Assembly (NCBI GenBank): GCA_947478805.1
Contig: CANJXQ010000003.1
Location: forward strand, 6,994 to 70,993
DNA: 64,000 bases
Direction: 5' to 3'
From: Betaproteobacteria bacterium
GTDB lineage: Bacteria; Pseudomonadota; Gammaproteobacteria; Burkholderiales; SG8-39
Shown in pieces: positions 36,732-46,666 of the stretch. Each line of letters starts with the position of its first letter. Position 1 is the first letter of the stretch. The notes beneath the pieces were generated by a model that saw only the letters and a program-made list of their open reading frames with translations, was not told where the DNA came from and made no database searches. A program made the position numbers and the translations under genes.

Positions 36732-37702
36732 TCCAGCAACCGTGGATGGACGTGATCGTGCGCAGCAAGCGGATGGAGGCGACGGACATCGTCGTCCTGG
36801 AGCTCGCCCATCCCGGCGGCCAGGCCATGCCGCCGTTCAGCGCAGGCTCACACATCGACGTTGAAATCCAACCGGGACTCGCCCGACAGTATTCCTTGTG
36901 CAACGACCCGGCCAATAACGAGCACTATGTGATCGCCGTCCTGAAGGAAGCGGACTCTCGGGGCGGGTCCACTTTCATTCACGACACGCTCAAAGAAGGC
37001 GACCTGCTACGCATCAGCGGCCCGAAGAATCACTTTGCGCTGCACGGCGAGGGCACACGGCACCTGCTGTTCGCGGGCGGCATCGGTATCACTCCCCTGG
37101 TGTGTATGGCCGAGCGCCTGACCCGCACACACACGCCGTTCGAGCTGCATTACTGCGTGCGCTCGCTCGACCGCGCGGCGTTTCAGAATCTCCTGCGCGA
37201 CCCGACGCGCGGCTGGACAGCGCAGTTGCACCTGGATAGTGGGCCGCCGGCCCAGAAGCTCGACGTGGCGCGCTCCATCGGCGCGTACACAGAAGGGGCG
37301 CACGCGTATGTCTGCGGACCCGCCGGTTTTATCGGCTGGGTGCTGCAGTCGGCGCGCGATGCCGGGTGGCCCGAGCACGCGCTGCACCGGGAATATTTCA
37401 CCCCGCCTCCCGCCGAAGGCAGGGCCGCGCCGTCGTCCACGTTCATGGTTCGCCTTGCCAGCAGCACGATGGTGCTGGAAATACCGCCCGACCGCAGCGT
37501 GATGCAGGTCCTTGCCGACGCCGGCATCGAGCTGCCCTCGTCGTGCGAGCAAGGCACATGCGGCAGCTGCCTGACCCGCGTTCTCGAAGGCATTCCCGAC
37601 CACCGGGACTTCTATCTCACCGACGAGGAACGCGCGGCAAACGACCAGTTCACACCGTGCGTCTCGCGCGCCAAGACGCCGCTCCTTGTGCTGGACGTCT
37701 AA
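36728..37702 (+). CDS. PDR/VanB-type FMN-[2Fe-2S] reductase
   Basis: AGSHID, RQYSLC, SRGGS, AGGIGITP, YVCGP and C-terminal CEQGTCGSC...CVSRA. GTG start overlaps the upstream stop. Confidence 0.95.
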   Translation: MIQQPWMDVIVRSKRMEATDIVVLELAHPGGQAMPPFSAGSHIDVEIQPGLARQYSLCNDPANNEHYVIAVLKEADSRGGSTFIHDTLKEGDLLRISGPKNHFALHGEGTRHLLFAGGIGITPLVCMAERLTRTHTPFELHYCVRSLDRAAFQNLLRDPTRGWTAQLHLDSGPPAQKLDVARSIGAYTEGAHAYVCGPAGFIGWVLQSARDAGWPEHALHREYFTPPPAEGRAAPSSTFMVRLASSTMVLEIPPDRSVMQVLADAGIELPSSCEQGTCGSCLTRVLEGIPDHRDFYLTDEERAANDQFTPCVSRAKTPLLVLDV

Positions 37703-37726
37703 GTCGAACACCAACAGGAGCACATC

Positions 37727-38917
37727 ATGGACTTCGACTTCGATCTTTACTCGCGCGACACCGCGCAGGACCCGTGGCCCGCCATCAAGGCGATGCAGGA
37801 CGCGGGACCGGTGCTGCACAACGTGCGCACCGGCGCCTACATGGTGACTACCGACAAGCTGGCGCGCGCCGTCCTCACCGACACCAAGCGCTTCACCATC
37901 GAGGGCACCGCGGTCACTATCCGCTTCGGGCGCGAAGCGTTCTTCGGCATCGATGACAAGGCTAGCCACGACAAGCTGCGGGCCATCTGGATGGGTGCAT
38001 TCACGCGCAACGCCGTCGAAGCGCTGCGCCCGATGATCACCCAACTTGCCGACGAGATGATCGACCCCGTGCAAGAGCGCCTGCGCGCCGGCGAGGTTGT
38101 CGATCTTGAGGCGGAACTTTGCCGCAGTCTACCTGCCTACGTGATTGCGCACATGATGGGCGTGCCCATGAGCTATCGCGACGACGTGGTGCGCTGGAGC
38201 GACGCGCTCGGCGCGGCCTCGGTGCTTCCGGCCAACGCGGACAAGCAAACCCACCCGGCCTGGCTTGCCGCGTACAAGGCGCGCGACGAGATCGGCGAGT
38301 ACCTGGGCGAGGCCATCGCACACCGTCGCAAGAACCCCGGCGGAACCGACCTCATCAGCCAGATCGTGCACTCGCAGCACAACCTGCCGGACAACGTGAT
38401 CATCTCCAACAGCCGCCAGATGCTGTATGCGGGCAACGAGACAACCGCCAAGTGGCTTGGCCACATCGTAGTGGCGTTGTCGGAGCGTCCCGACGTGCGC
38501 GCCGAAGTGATCGCCGACCCCAAGCTCATGCCGCAGGCGCTGGAAGAAGTGATGCGCTGGCGGCCGGTCGTGATGGCTTCGGTGCGATTGGCGCAGCCCG
38601 GCGGCGTCGAGATCGAAGGCGTCCACATTCCGGAGGGAAAGACCATCATGCCGCTGGTCGGCTGCGCCAACCGAGACCCGACGCGCTACGAAGACCCGGA
38701 CACGCTGAACATCCATCGCAAGTTCCAGACGAACCTAGGCTTTGGCTTCGGCATGCACAGCTGTCTGGGCGTGACGCTTGCGCGCCTGGAGGCACAAATC
38801 GTCATCGAACGCCTGCTCGCGCGCATTCCCGACTACGATGTGGCGGGCGAAGTCATCTACAACGCCTTCGCCCTTCGCGGCCCGAAGGTACTTCCCATTG
38901 CACTTCAAAAACACTAA
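37727..38917 (+). CDS. Cytochrome P450
   Basis: I-helix AGNETT, ExxR (EVMR), ANRDP, heme motif FGFGMHSCLG. Confidence 0.96.
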   Translation: MDFDFDLYSRDTAQDPWPAIKAMQDAGPVLHNVRTGAYMVTTDKLARAVLTDTKRFTIEGTAVTIRFGREAFFGIDDKASHDKLRAIWMGAFTRNAVEALRPMITQLADEMIDPVQERLRAGEVVDLEAELCRSLPAYVIAHMMGVPMSYRDDVVRWSDALGAASVLPANADKQTHPAWLAAYKARDEIGEYLGEAIAHRRKNPGGTDLISQIVHSQHNLPDNVIISNSRQMLYAGNETTAKWLGHIVVALSERPDVRAEVIADPKLMPQALEEVMRWRPVVMASVRLAQPGGVEIEGVHIPEGKTIMPLVGCANRDPTRYEDPDTLNIHRKFQTNLGFGFGMHSCLGVTLARLEAQIVIERLLARIPDYDVAGEVIYNAFALRGPKVLPIALQKH

Positions 38918-38931
38918 CGATAGACACCACC

Positions 38932-39900
38932 ATGACCAATCGCAGAAACATCATCGGCGCGGGCCTTGCAGTCAGCGCGCTGATGGCCACGGGCACCGCA
39001 TGGGCCGCCTACCCGGACAGGCCGATTCGGCTCGTGGTGCCATACGCCGCCGGCGGTTCAGCCGACGGAATGGCGCGTCTCGTTGCGCAGCACCTGGGCG
39101 ATCACCTCGGCCAGAGCGTGATCGTCGACAACAAGGCCGGCGGCGGCACGCTCATCGGCGCGGAATTCGTGAAGGCGGCCAGGCCCGACGGCTATACGCT
39201 GTTCCTGGGCACGTCGTCGACCAGCATGCTCATGCTTCGCAAAGGAGGCTCGCCGGTGGACTTTCGCAAGGACTTCGAGCCGATCATGGCATTCGCGGAA
39301 TCGACCTTCGTCATTCTCGCGGGTCCGGCCGCGCCATTCAAGACACTGCCGGAGATGATCGCCTATGCCCGGGCCAACCCCGGCAAGGTGACCTACAGCG
39401 TACCGGGGCCGGGCACCACCTCGCACCTGCTGGGCGAATACCTCAGCAGCGCAGCCGGCATCAAGATGATGGCGGTACCTTACAAGGGCGGAGGCCCGGC
39501 GTCTGTCGGCCTGCTGGGTGGCGAAGTGATGGCGTCATTCGACGGCATTGGTCCCACCAACCCCTTTATCAAGGAAGGCAGGGTCACCCTACTGGCCACA
39601 TCGGGCGGCCAGCGCAGCCTCGTCTTCCCGAACAGCCCCATGATCGCCGAGACGCTGCCGGGCCTGGAGGCCGGGGGTTGGATCGGCCTGGCGGCCACGC
39701 CGGGAACGCCCAGGGAAGTGATCGACAGGCTGCATGCCGCGATGACGGCCGTCGTCGCAAAGCCAGACGTGCGCGAACGCACCTTGTCGCTGTCGCTCAA
39801 GCCAATGAGTTCCACGGCGGCCGAATACACACGGCTGATCGCCGGCGAGATAGACAAGTGGGGCAAGGTGGTGCGCGAGTCCAACCTCGTCATCGAATAG
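38932..39900 (+). CDS. Bug/TctC receptor
   Basis: MTNRRNII signal, YPDRPIRLVVPYAAGG, PDGYTL, VPYKGG. Confidence 0.94.
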   Translation: MTNRRNIIGAGLAVSALMATGTAWAAYPDRPIRLVVPYAAGGSADGMARLVAQHLGDHLGQSVIVDNKAGGGTLIGAEFVKAARPDGYTLFLGTSSTSMLMLRKGGSPVDFRKDFEPIMAFAESTFVILAGPAAPFKTLPEMIAYARANPGKVTYSVPGPGTTSHLLGEYLSSAAGIKMMAVPYKGGGPASVGLLGGEVMASFDGIGPTNPFIKEGRVTLLATSGGQRSLVFPNSPMIAETLPGLEAGGWIGLAATPGTPREVIDRLHAAMTAVVAKPDVRERTLSLSLKPMSSTAAEYTRLIAGEIDKWGKVVRESNLVIE

Positions 39901-39912
39901 CGCCGCGGCAAC

Positions 39913-40845
39913 ATGAGAACGGCATTCAAGGTCATCACCGACGGGCTGCGCTTTCCCGAGGGCCCGATCGCCATGCGCGACGGCAGCTTCCTGGTTGTCG
40001 AGATCGAGCGCGGCACGCTCACGCGCGTGCAGGCGTCCGGCAGCAAGGAAGTCGTCGCGCACCTCGGCGGCGGACCCAACGGGGCGGCCATCGGCCCGGA
40101 CGGCCACTGCTACATCTGCAACAACGGCGGCTTCAAGTGGCACGAGGACGAGAACGGGCTGCGCCCCAGCGGGCAGCCGGCCGACTACGCCGGCGGGCGC
40201 ATCGAGCGGGTCAACCTGAAGACCGGCCAGGTCGAGGTGCTGTACCAGCACGGTCCGAGCGGCCGCCTGCGCGGCCCCAACGACATCGTTTTCGACGGCC
40301 ACGGCGGCTTCTGGTTCACCGACCTCGGCAAGACGCGCGAGCGCGACCTCGACCGCGGCAGCGTGTACTACGCGAAGTGCGACGGCAGCAGCATCGAGGA
40401 GGCCATCTTTCCCATGCTGTTTCCCAACGGCTGCGCGCTGTCGCCGGACGGCACGCGGCTCTACGTGGCCGAGACCGACGCGGGGCGCATCTGGGCGTTT
40501 GACCTGGACGGCCCGGGCAAGGTCGCGAAAAAACCCTGGCCGTCCCCCAACGGCGGGCAGTTGCTGATCGGGCTGCCGGGCTTCCAGCGGCTGGACTCCA
40601 TGGCGGTGGAAGCCGCGGGCAACGTATGCGTCGCGACGATCATGGAAAAAGCGGGCATCACCGTGGTTTCCCCGGACGGCGAGGTGGTGCAGCGCGTGGG
40701 CATGCCGGACCGCGCGACCACCAACATCTGCTTCGGCGGCAGCGACCTGCGCACCGCCTACATTACCCTGTCGTTCAGTGGCCGTCTGGTCGCCGTCGAT
40801 TGGCCGCGGCCCGGATTAGACCTGCATCACATGGATGCGGCCTGA
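39913..40845 (+). CDS. SMP-30/gluconolactonase family protein
   Basis: FPEGP, GPNG, PNDIVFD..GGFWFTD, FPNG.ALSPD, DSMAV, TNICFGG. Confidence 0.93.
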   Translation: MRTAFKVITDGLRFPEGPIAMRDGSFLVVEIERGTLTRVQASGSKEVVAHLGGGPNGAAIGPDGHCYICNNGGFKWHEDENGLRPSGQPADYAGGRIERVNLKTGQVEVLYQHGPSGRLRGPNDIVFDGHGGFWFTDLGKTRERDLDRGSVYYAKCDGSSIEEAIFPMLFPNGCALSPDGTRLYVAETDAGRIWAFDLDGPGKVAKKPWPSPNGGQLLIGLPGFQRLDSMAVEAAGNVCVATIMEKAGITVVSPDGEVVQRVGMPDRATTNICFGGSDLRTAYITLSFSGRLVAVDWPRPGLDLHHMDAA

Positions 40846-40878
40846 CCGCCTATTTTTTCCCACTATAAGGAGACTCAC

Positions 40879-42087
40879 ATGGATTGCCTCAAGAGAAAGA
40901 CAGCGCTTGCCGGCGCGGTGCTGGCCGTAGCCCTGGCCGCCCTGCCGGCCACCGCCCAGCAGGGCCCCAAGCGCTACGGTCCGGGCGCAAGCGACACCGA
41001 ACTGAAGATCGGCCAGACCATGTCGTACAGCGGTGCCGCCGCCTCTTACGGCACGTTCGGCCGGGTGATGACGGCGTACTTCAAAATGATCAATGAGCAG
41101 GGCGGCATCAATGGCCGCAAGATCAGCCTGATGAGCGTCGATGACGGCTTCAGCCCGCCCAAGACCGTGGAGATGACACGGCAGTTGGTGGAGTCGGACA
41201 ACGTCCTCTTTATCTGCTGCTCGATGGGCACCGGACCGAACGCGTCGGTGCAGAAGTACCTCAACGACCGCAAGGTCCCGCAGATGTTCGTGCTGTCGGG
41301 CGCAACGCGCTTTACCGACGCCAAGACCGCACCCTGGTCCATGAGTTTCTCGCCGACCTACATGGACGAAGGCCGCGAAGCTGCTCGCTACATCATCCGC
41401 ACCAATCCCAATGCGAAGATCGCGCTGCTCTACCAGAACGACGACTCGGGCAAGGATACGGCCATCGGCTTCAAGGAAGGACTAGGGCCTGATCGCGTCA
41501 AGCAGATCGTGTCCGAGCAGACCTATGAGGCGACCGACGCCACCATCGACTCGCAGATCCGCCAGGCCAAGGCCGCGGGCGCGGACGCCTTCTTCGACAA
41601 CACCGCGGCGAAATTCACTGCCCAGTCGATCCGCATTGCGCACGACATCGGCTGGAAAGCCCTGCACGTGACGACCACCAACTCGTCGTCGATCGCGCAG
41701 GTGCTCGAGCCTGCGGGCTTCGACAAGTCACAGGGCCTGGTGGCCGGCAAGTACATCAAGGAGCCGACCGATTCGCAATGGGACAACGACCCGCGCATGA
41801 AGCAGTGGCGCGACTGGATGACCAGGTACTACCCAGAAGGCCAGAAGACCGACTGGTGGAATGTGTATGGCTATATGGTCGCCGAAACGCTGGCACACGT
41901 AATCCGTGCGGCCGGCAACGACCTCACGCGCGAGAACATCATGAAGCTGGCGCTCAGCCTGGACGTGGAATCGCCGTACCTGCTGCCCGGCCTGAAGATT
42001 CAGACCAGCCCGACCGTCCGCTCGGCCGTGAACAAGCTGCGCTACTACCGGTTCGAAGGCAAGCAATGGGTGTTGCTCAAGGAGTGA
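40879..42087 (+). CDS. Liv-type ABC substrate-binding protein
   Basis: PGASDTELKIGQTMSYSG, GGINGRKI, DDGFSPPKT, YQNDDSG. Confidence 0.93.
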   Translation: MDCLKRKTALAGAVLAVALAALPATAQQGPKRYGPGASDTELKIGQTMSYSGAAASYGTFGRVMTAYFKMINEQGGINGRKISLMSVDDGFSPPKTVEMTRQLVESDNVLFICCSMGTGPNASVQKYLNDRKVPQMFVLSGATRFTDAKTAPWSMSFSPTYMDEGREAARYIIRTNPNAKIALLYQNDDSGKDTAIGFKEGLGPDRVKQIVSEQTYEATDATIDSQIRQAKAAGADAFFDNTAAKFTAQSIRIAHDIGWKALHVTTTNSSSIAQVLEPAGFDKSQGLVAGKYIKEPTDSQWDNDPRMKQWRDWMTRYYPEGQKTDWWNVYGYMVAETLAHVIRAAGNDLTRENIMKLALSLDVESPYLLPGLKIQTSPTVRSAVNKLRYYRFEGKQWVLLKE

Positions 42088-42860
42088 GCGCCCCCGCCCC
42101 ACTAGTAAGCGTACGCGGCGTCACGGTCCGCTTCGGCGGCATCCTGGCGCTGGACGGCATCACGTTCGACGCGAGCGAAGGCGACATCGTCGGCCTGATC
42201 GGTCCCAATGGGGCCGGCAAGACGACGCTGTTTAACTGCCTGTCGCGCCTGTACGTCCCGACCTCGGGCGACATCCAATTCCGGGGCCGATCTATCATGA
42301 ACATGCCTCGGCACTCCATCGCGGGCCTGGGCATTGGGCGCACGTTCCAGAACGCGGCACTGTTCGACACCCTGAGCGTGCTGGACAACGTGCTCGTTGG
42401 CAGCCATCACGTGACGCGCAGCGACTTTCTCTCCAACGCGCTCGCGCTGCCGTGGGTCGCTCGCGAGGAAAAGGACATCGAAGCGCGGGCCATCGAGAAG
42501 CTGCGTTTCATGGGCCTGGAGTCTTACGCCGACCAGCCCGCCGGTGGCCTGCCCTTTCCCGTGAAAAAGCGCGTCGAACTCGCACGCGCCCTGATGTCCC
42601 AGCCGACCCTGCTGCTGCTAGACGAACCGGCCGCGGGCCTGAGCCACGGCGAGATCGAGACCCTGAGCGAACAGATCCTGCGCATCCGGGAAACCGAAAA
42701 AGTGACCATCCTGCTGGTGGAGCATCACATGAACCTCGTGATGTCGATCTCCGACCAGGTGGTCGCCATCGACTTCGGCAAGAAGATCGCCGACGGCAAG
42801 CCGTCCGACGTGCAGAGCGATCCCGCGGTGATCCGCGCCTACCTGGGCGAGAAAATCTGA
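42084..42860 (+). CDS. livG: Liv-type ABC ATP-binding protein
   Basis: GPNGAGKTT, GRTFQN, LLLDEPAAG, VEHHM. GTGA overlap start. Confidence 0.93.
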   Translation: MSAPAPLVSVRGVTVRFGGILALDGITFDASEGDIVGLIGPNGAGKTTLFNCLSRLYVPTSGDIQFRGRSIMNMPRHSIAGLGIGRTFQNAALFDTLSVLDNVLVGSHHVTRSDFLSNALALPWVAREEKDIEARAIEKLRFMGLESYADQPAGGLPFPVKKRVELARALMSQPTLLLLDEPAAGLSHGEIETLSEQILRIRETEKVTILLVEHHMNLVMSISDQVVAIDFGKKIADGKPSDVQSDPAVIRAYLGEKI

Positions 42861-43573
42861 TGGCGGCCATTCTTGAACTCAAGGACGTCGACGCCCACTA
42901 CGGCGGCACGCAGGCCCTCTTCGGAGTCAATTGCGCCGTCGAGGCAGGTGCGGTGACCACGCTGTTGGGCGCCAACGGCGCGGGCAAGACCAGCACCCTG
43001 CGCGCGATCTGCGGCATGGTGCGCCGCACCGGCGAGATCCGCTTTGACGGCCACCGCATCGACGGCAAGTCCACCGAAGACATTGTCCGCATGGGCATCG
43101 CACACGTGCCGGAGGGCCGCGGAACCTTCACCAACCTGACCGTGCAGGAAAACCTCGACCTGGCGGCCCATGCCAGGCGCGACCGCGCGCTGGTGGGCGA
43201 GGACGCGCAGCGCGTGTTCGGCTATTTCCCGCGCCTCAAGGAGCGCCTTCGCCAGCAGGCTGGTACGCTGTCTGGCGGCGAGCAGCAGATGCTGGCGATT
43301 GCCCGCAGCCTGATGATGCGGCCGCGGCTCATGCTGCTGGACGAACCTTCCTTTGGCCTAGCGCCGCTGGTGGTGCTCGAAATCTTCCAGATCATGCAGC
43401 GCATCAACAGGGAAGATGGCGTGAGCATCTTCCTGATCGAGCAGAACGCCGCAATGGCGCTGGACCTTGCGCACGACGCCTATCTGGTGGAGACCGGGCG
43501 CATCGTGATGTCCGGCAAGGCAGCCGACCTGCGGGATGATGACGCCATCCGGCGAACCTACCTGGGCCATTGA
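42860..43573 (+). CDS. livF: Liv-type ABC ATP-binding protein
   Basis: GANGAGKT, HVPEGRG, LSGGEQQ, LDEPSFGLAP. TGATG overlap start. Confidence 0.94.
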   Translation: MAAILELKDVDAHYGGTQALFGVNCAVEAGAVTTLLGANGAGKTSTLRAICGMVRRTGEIRFDGHRIDGKSTEDIVRMGIAHVPEGRGTFTNLTVQENLDLAAHARRDRALVGEDAQRVFGYFPRLKERLRQQAGTLSGGEQQMLAIARSLMMRPRLMLLDEPSFGLAPLVVLEIFQIMQRINREDGVSIFLIEQNAAMALDLAHDAYLVETGRIVMSGKAADLRDDDAIRRTYLGH

Positions 43574-43585
43574 GCCCGCAGATCT

Positions 43586-44455
43586 ATGGACCTCTTTGTC
43601 TCGCAAGTTCTCTCCGGCGTCGCCAGTGGCGCCATCTATGGCTGCGTGGGCCTGGCCATGGTGATGATCTTCACCTCGACCGAGAAGATCAATTTCGCGC
43701 AGGGCGAGATGGCCACCTTCAGCACCTACGTCGCCTGGACCCTGATGACCGTGGGCCTGCCCTACTGGGCGGCGTTCGCCGCCACGGTGGCGATCTCGTT
43801 TGCGGCCGGCGTTCTCATCCAGCGCACCCTTCTCGCGCCGCTGCGCGATGCGCCCGAGATGTCGCAGGTCATTGTCTTTTTCGGCCTCTTCCTGGTCTTC
43901 AACTCGGCTTCGGGGGCAATCTGGGGCTATCTGCCTTTCGATTTCCCCAGTCCGGTGAAAGCGTTCAGTACCGGCACCACACTGATAGGCGCGCACCAGT
44001 TGTTCATCATCCTGGTCGCGGTGCTCATGCTGACGCTGCTGTTCCTGTTCTTTCGCTACACCTCGCTGGGCCTGTGCATGCGCGCGGCGGCGCAAAACCC
44101 TGTGTCGGCGAGCCTCATGGGCGTGCGCGTGGGATGGATGCTGGCGCTGGGCTGGGGCCTGTCGGCCGCCGTCGGCGCCGTCGCCGGCATCATGGTCGCG
44201 CCGGTCGTCTTCCTGGAGCCGCAGATGATGGTGGGCGTGCTGCTGTACGCATTCGCTGCGGCGCTGGTCGGCGGCATCGACAGTCCGCCGGGCGCTTTTG
44301 TCGGCGGCATCATCGTCGGCGTCCTGGAGAACCTGGTGGGCACCTACCTGGTTGGAACCGACCTGAAACTCACGGTGGCCCTGGTGCTGATCATCGCGGT
44401 GCTGATCTTCAAGCCCACCGGCCTCTTTGGCAGCCGGCGCGTGGCGCGCGTCTAG
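43586..44455 (+). CDS. livH: Liv-type ABC permease
   Basis: INFAQG, GLCMRAAAQN, FAAALVGG, KPTGLFG. Confidence 0.93.
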   Translation: MDLFVSQVLSGVASGAIYGCVGLAMVMIFTSTEKINFAQGEMATFSTYVAWTLMTVGLPYWAAFAATVAISFAAGVLIQRTLLAPLRDAPEMSQVIVFFGLFLVFNSASGAIWGYLPFDFPSPVKAFSTGTTLIGAHQLFIILVAVLMLTLLFLFFRYTSLGLCMRAAAQNPVSASLMGVRVGWMLALGWGLSAAVGAVAGIMVAPVVFLEPQMMVGVLLYAFAAALVGGIDSPPGAFVGGIIVGVLENLVGTYLVGTDLKLTVALVLIIAVLIFKPTGLFGSRRVARV

Positions 44456-44466
44456 AGCAGGGCACC

Positions 44467-45459
44467 ATGAAAAAACTCTCCGCGAATCAGAAAATCCTGG
44501 CTGGCGTTGCCATCGCGGCCGCCGTGGCCCTGCCCCTCGTCACACCAGACTTTCGCCTGTTCCAGGCCAGCCAGGTGCTGATCTACGCCATCGCCATCCT
44601 GGGTCTGAACCTGCTCACCGGCTACAACGGCCAGCTTTCCGTGGGGCACGGCGCGTTCTTCGCGGTAGGCGCGTACAGCGCGGCCCTGCTGATGAACTTT
44701 GCCGGATTTCCTTACTGGACGACCATCCCGGCAGCGGCACTGATCTGCCTGGTGGTCGGCTTACTGTTTGGTTTACCTGCCCTCAAACTGGATGGGCACT
44801 ACCTGGCGCTGGCCACCTTCGCACTCGCGCTGGCCGTGCCGCAATTGCTGAAATACAAGGCTTTTTCCAAATGGACAGGCGGCGCGCCCGGCATCTCCAT
44901 CGACAAGCCCCCTGCGCCCTTCGAGTTCGATATCTTCGGCCGCGCGTTCAATGCCGATGTGTGGCTCTACTTGTTCACGCTGGGCATCACGGTGCTCCTC
45001 TTTTTCTGCGCATGGAACCTGGTGCGCGGGCGTATCGGCCGCACGCTGGTGGCGATCCGCGACCAGCCCATGGCGGCGCAGGCGATGGGTGTGAACACCG
45101 CCATCTATAAGTCGCTGATCTTTGGCGTCAGCGCGCTCTTTACCGGCGTCGCCGGCGCGCTCAATGCGCTCACGGTGCAATACCTCGCCCCCGATTCATT
45201 CCATATGTTCCTGTCGGTGTTCCTGCTGGTGGGCATGGTGGTGGGCGGCATGGGCGCGGTGCCAAGCGCGCTTTTCGGTGCGGTGGTGATCGTGTTCCTG
45301 CCCAACATCGCGGGCAGCATCTCCAAGTCCTTGCCCGGCGCGATCTACGGCGTGCTTTTGATCCTGCTGGTTTACTTCATGCCCAAGGGCATCTGGGGCG
45401 CGCTGGACCGGTTGCGCCAGTTCCGCCTGCCGCGACACAGGGACACGGGCTCTTCCTGA
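44467..45459 (+). CDS. livM: Liv-type ABC permease
   Basis: GLNLLTGYNGQLSVGHGAFFAVGAY, GHYLALAT, GRTLVAIRD. Start MKKL at 44467. Confidence 0.93.
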   Translation: MKKLSANQKILAGVAIAAAVALPLVTPDFRLFQASQVLIYAIAILGLNLLTGYNGQLSVGHGAFFAVGAYSAALLMNFAGFPYWTTIPAAALICLVVGLLFGLPALKLDGHYLALATFALALAVPQLLKYKAFSKWTGGAPGISIDKPPAPFEFDIFGRAFNADVWLYLFTLGITVLLFFCAWNLVRGRIGRTLVAIRDQPMAAQAMGVNTAIYKSLIFGVSALFTGVAGALNALTVQYLAPDSFHMFLSVFLLVGMVVGGMGAVPSALFGAVVIVFLPNIAGSISKSLPGAIYGVLLILLVYFMPKGIWGALDRLRQFRLPRHRDTGSS

Positions 45460-45478
45460 TGGCCGCAGGCCCGACCTG

Positions 45479-46657
45479 ATGCCACCAGCGCGAAGTCTCA
45501 GGTCCCTGGCCATCCTCTATGGCGGCAGTTCCGCGATGCTTCGCGTCTGCGACCCGATGCTGCCCGCCCTGGGCCTCGAGTTCGGCGTAACGACCGGGCG
45601 CGCTGCGTTCACCGTGTCGGCATTCGCCGTCGCCTACGGCCTCTTGCAACTGTTCTTCGGTCCTGTGGGAGACCGCTTCGGGAAGCGCCGGGTGATCGGC
45701 TATTGCGGCATTGGCTGTGTGGTGGGCAATGCGCTGGCGCTCTTCGCCTGGAGCCTCGATGCGCTGATCGTCGCGCGAATTGTCGCTGGCATTACCGCCG
45801 CGGGCATGGGCCCGCTCATGCTCGCGTGGATCGGCGACACGGTGCCCTACGAGCAGCGCCAGACGGTGCTGGCCAAGTTCATGGTGTCCTCCCTGACCGG
45901 CCTGATCGCGGGCCAGTGGCTATCAGGCGTCGTGACGGACCTGTTTGGCTGGCGCACGGTGTTCGCGGTGCTGGCCGTGTTGTTTTGCATAGGCGGCCTG
46001 GTCGTCGCCTGCGACCCGGACGTGCAGCGCGACAAGGGCTCGCAGGCCCGGGGCGGCTACCTCGATGGCCTGGCGCAAGTGCTGGCGATTCCGTGGGCGC
46101 GCTGGATTCTTTTGCTGACCGTGTGCGAAGGCGGTTTCACCTTTGCCGCGATGGCCTTCATGCCGTCATTCCTGGTGCGCGATTACGGCCTGCGCCTTTC
46201 CGTCGCCGCCGGACTGGCGGCTGTGTACGGCGTGGGCGGTATCGGCTATGCGTTCCTGGCCAGGCAGTTGGTGCCCCGGCTGGGCGAAGCCGGCATCGCG
46301 CGCTGGGCGGGCCTGGCGATGGCCATCAGCTGGCTGGCGGTGGCCGTGGTCCACCACTGGGCGGTGATCATCCCGGCGATGCTGGTAGCGGGCCTGGGCT
46401 TTTACTCACTGCACGGTGTGCTGCAGACCAACGCCACCCAGATGGCGCCGCAAGCGCGCGGCACGGCGCTGGGCCTGTTCGCATCGGCCATGTTCGCCGG
46501 CATTGCGCTGGGCGTCTGGAGCGCGTCGCACGTTGTGGACGCGGGCGGCTACCGGCCGCTGTTCGTGGTTTGCGCGGTGGCGCTGGGCCTGCTTGGGCAG
46601 GCCGTTTCCTGGAGACTGATCCGGCAGCGGTACGCGTTCGCGGCGCCGAAGGACTGA
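45479..46657 (+). CDS. MFS transporter
   Basis: About 12 hydrophobic segments and motif A (GPVGDRFGKRRV). Confidence 0.92.
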   Translation: MPPARSLRSLAILYGGSSAMLRVCDPMLPALGLEFGVTTGRAAFTVSAFAVAYGLLQLFFGPVGDRFGKRRVIGYCGIGCVVGNALALFAWSLDALIVARIVAGITAAGMGPLMLAWIGDTVPYEQRQTVLAKFMVSSLTGLIAGQWLSGVVTDLFGWRTVFAVLAVLFCIGGLVVACDPDVQRDKGSQARGGYLDGLAQVLAIPWARWILLLTVCEGGFTFAAMAFMPSFLVRDYGLRLSVAAGLAAVYGVGGIGYAFLARQLVPRLGEAGIARWAGLAMAISWLAVAVVHHWAVIIPAMLVAGLGFYSLHGVLQTNATQMAPQARGTALGLFASAMFAGIALGVWSASHVVDAGGYRPLFVVCAVALGLLGQAVSWRLIRQRYAFAAPKD

Positions 46658-46666
46658 GCTACGCGC

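Noticed and set aside
38119-39900. 593-aa ORF overlapping the P450
   Set aside because: It is an out-of-frame extension over the P450. The real Bug start is 38932.
43570-45459. 629-aa ORF resembling a LivH-LivM fusion
   Set aside because: The first ~300 aa is an alternate frame of livH with no transmembrane character. livM starts at 44467.
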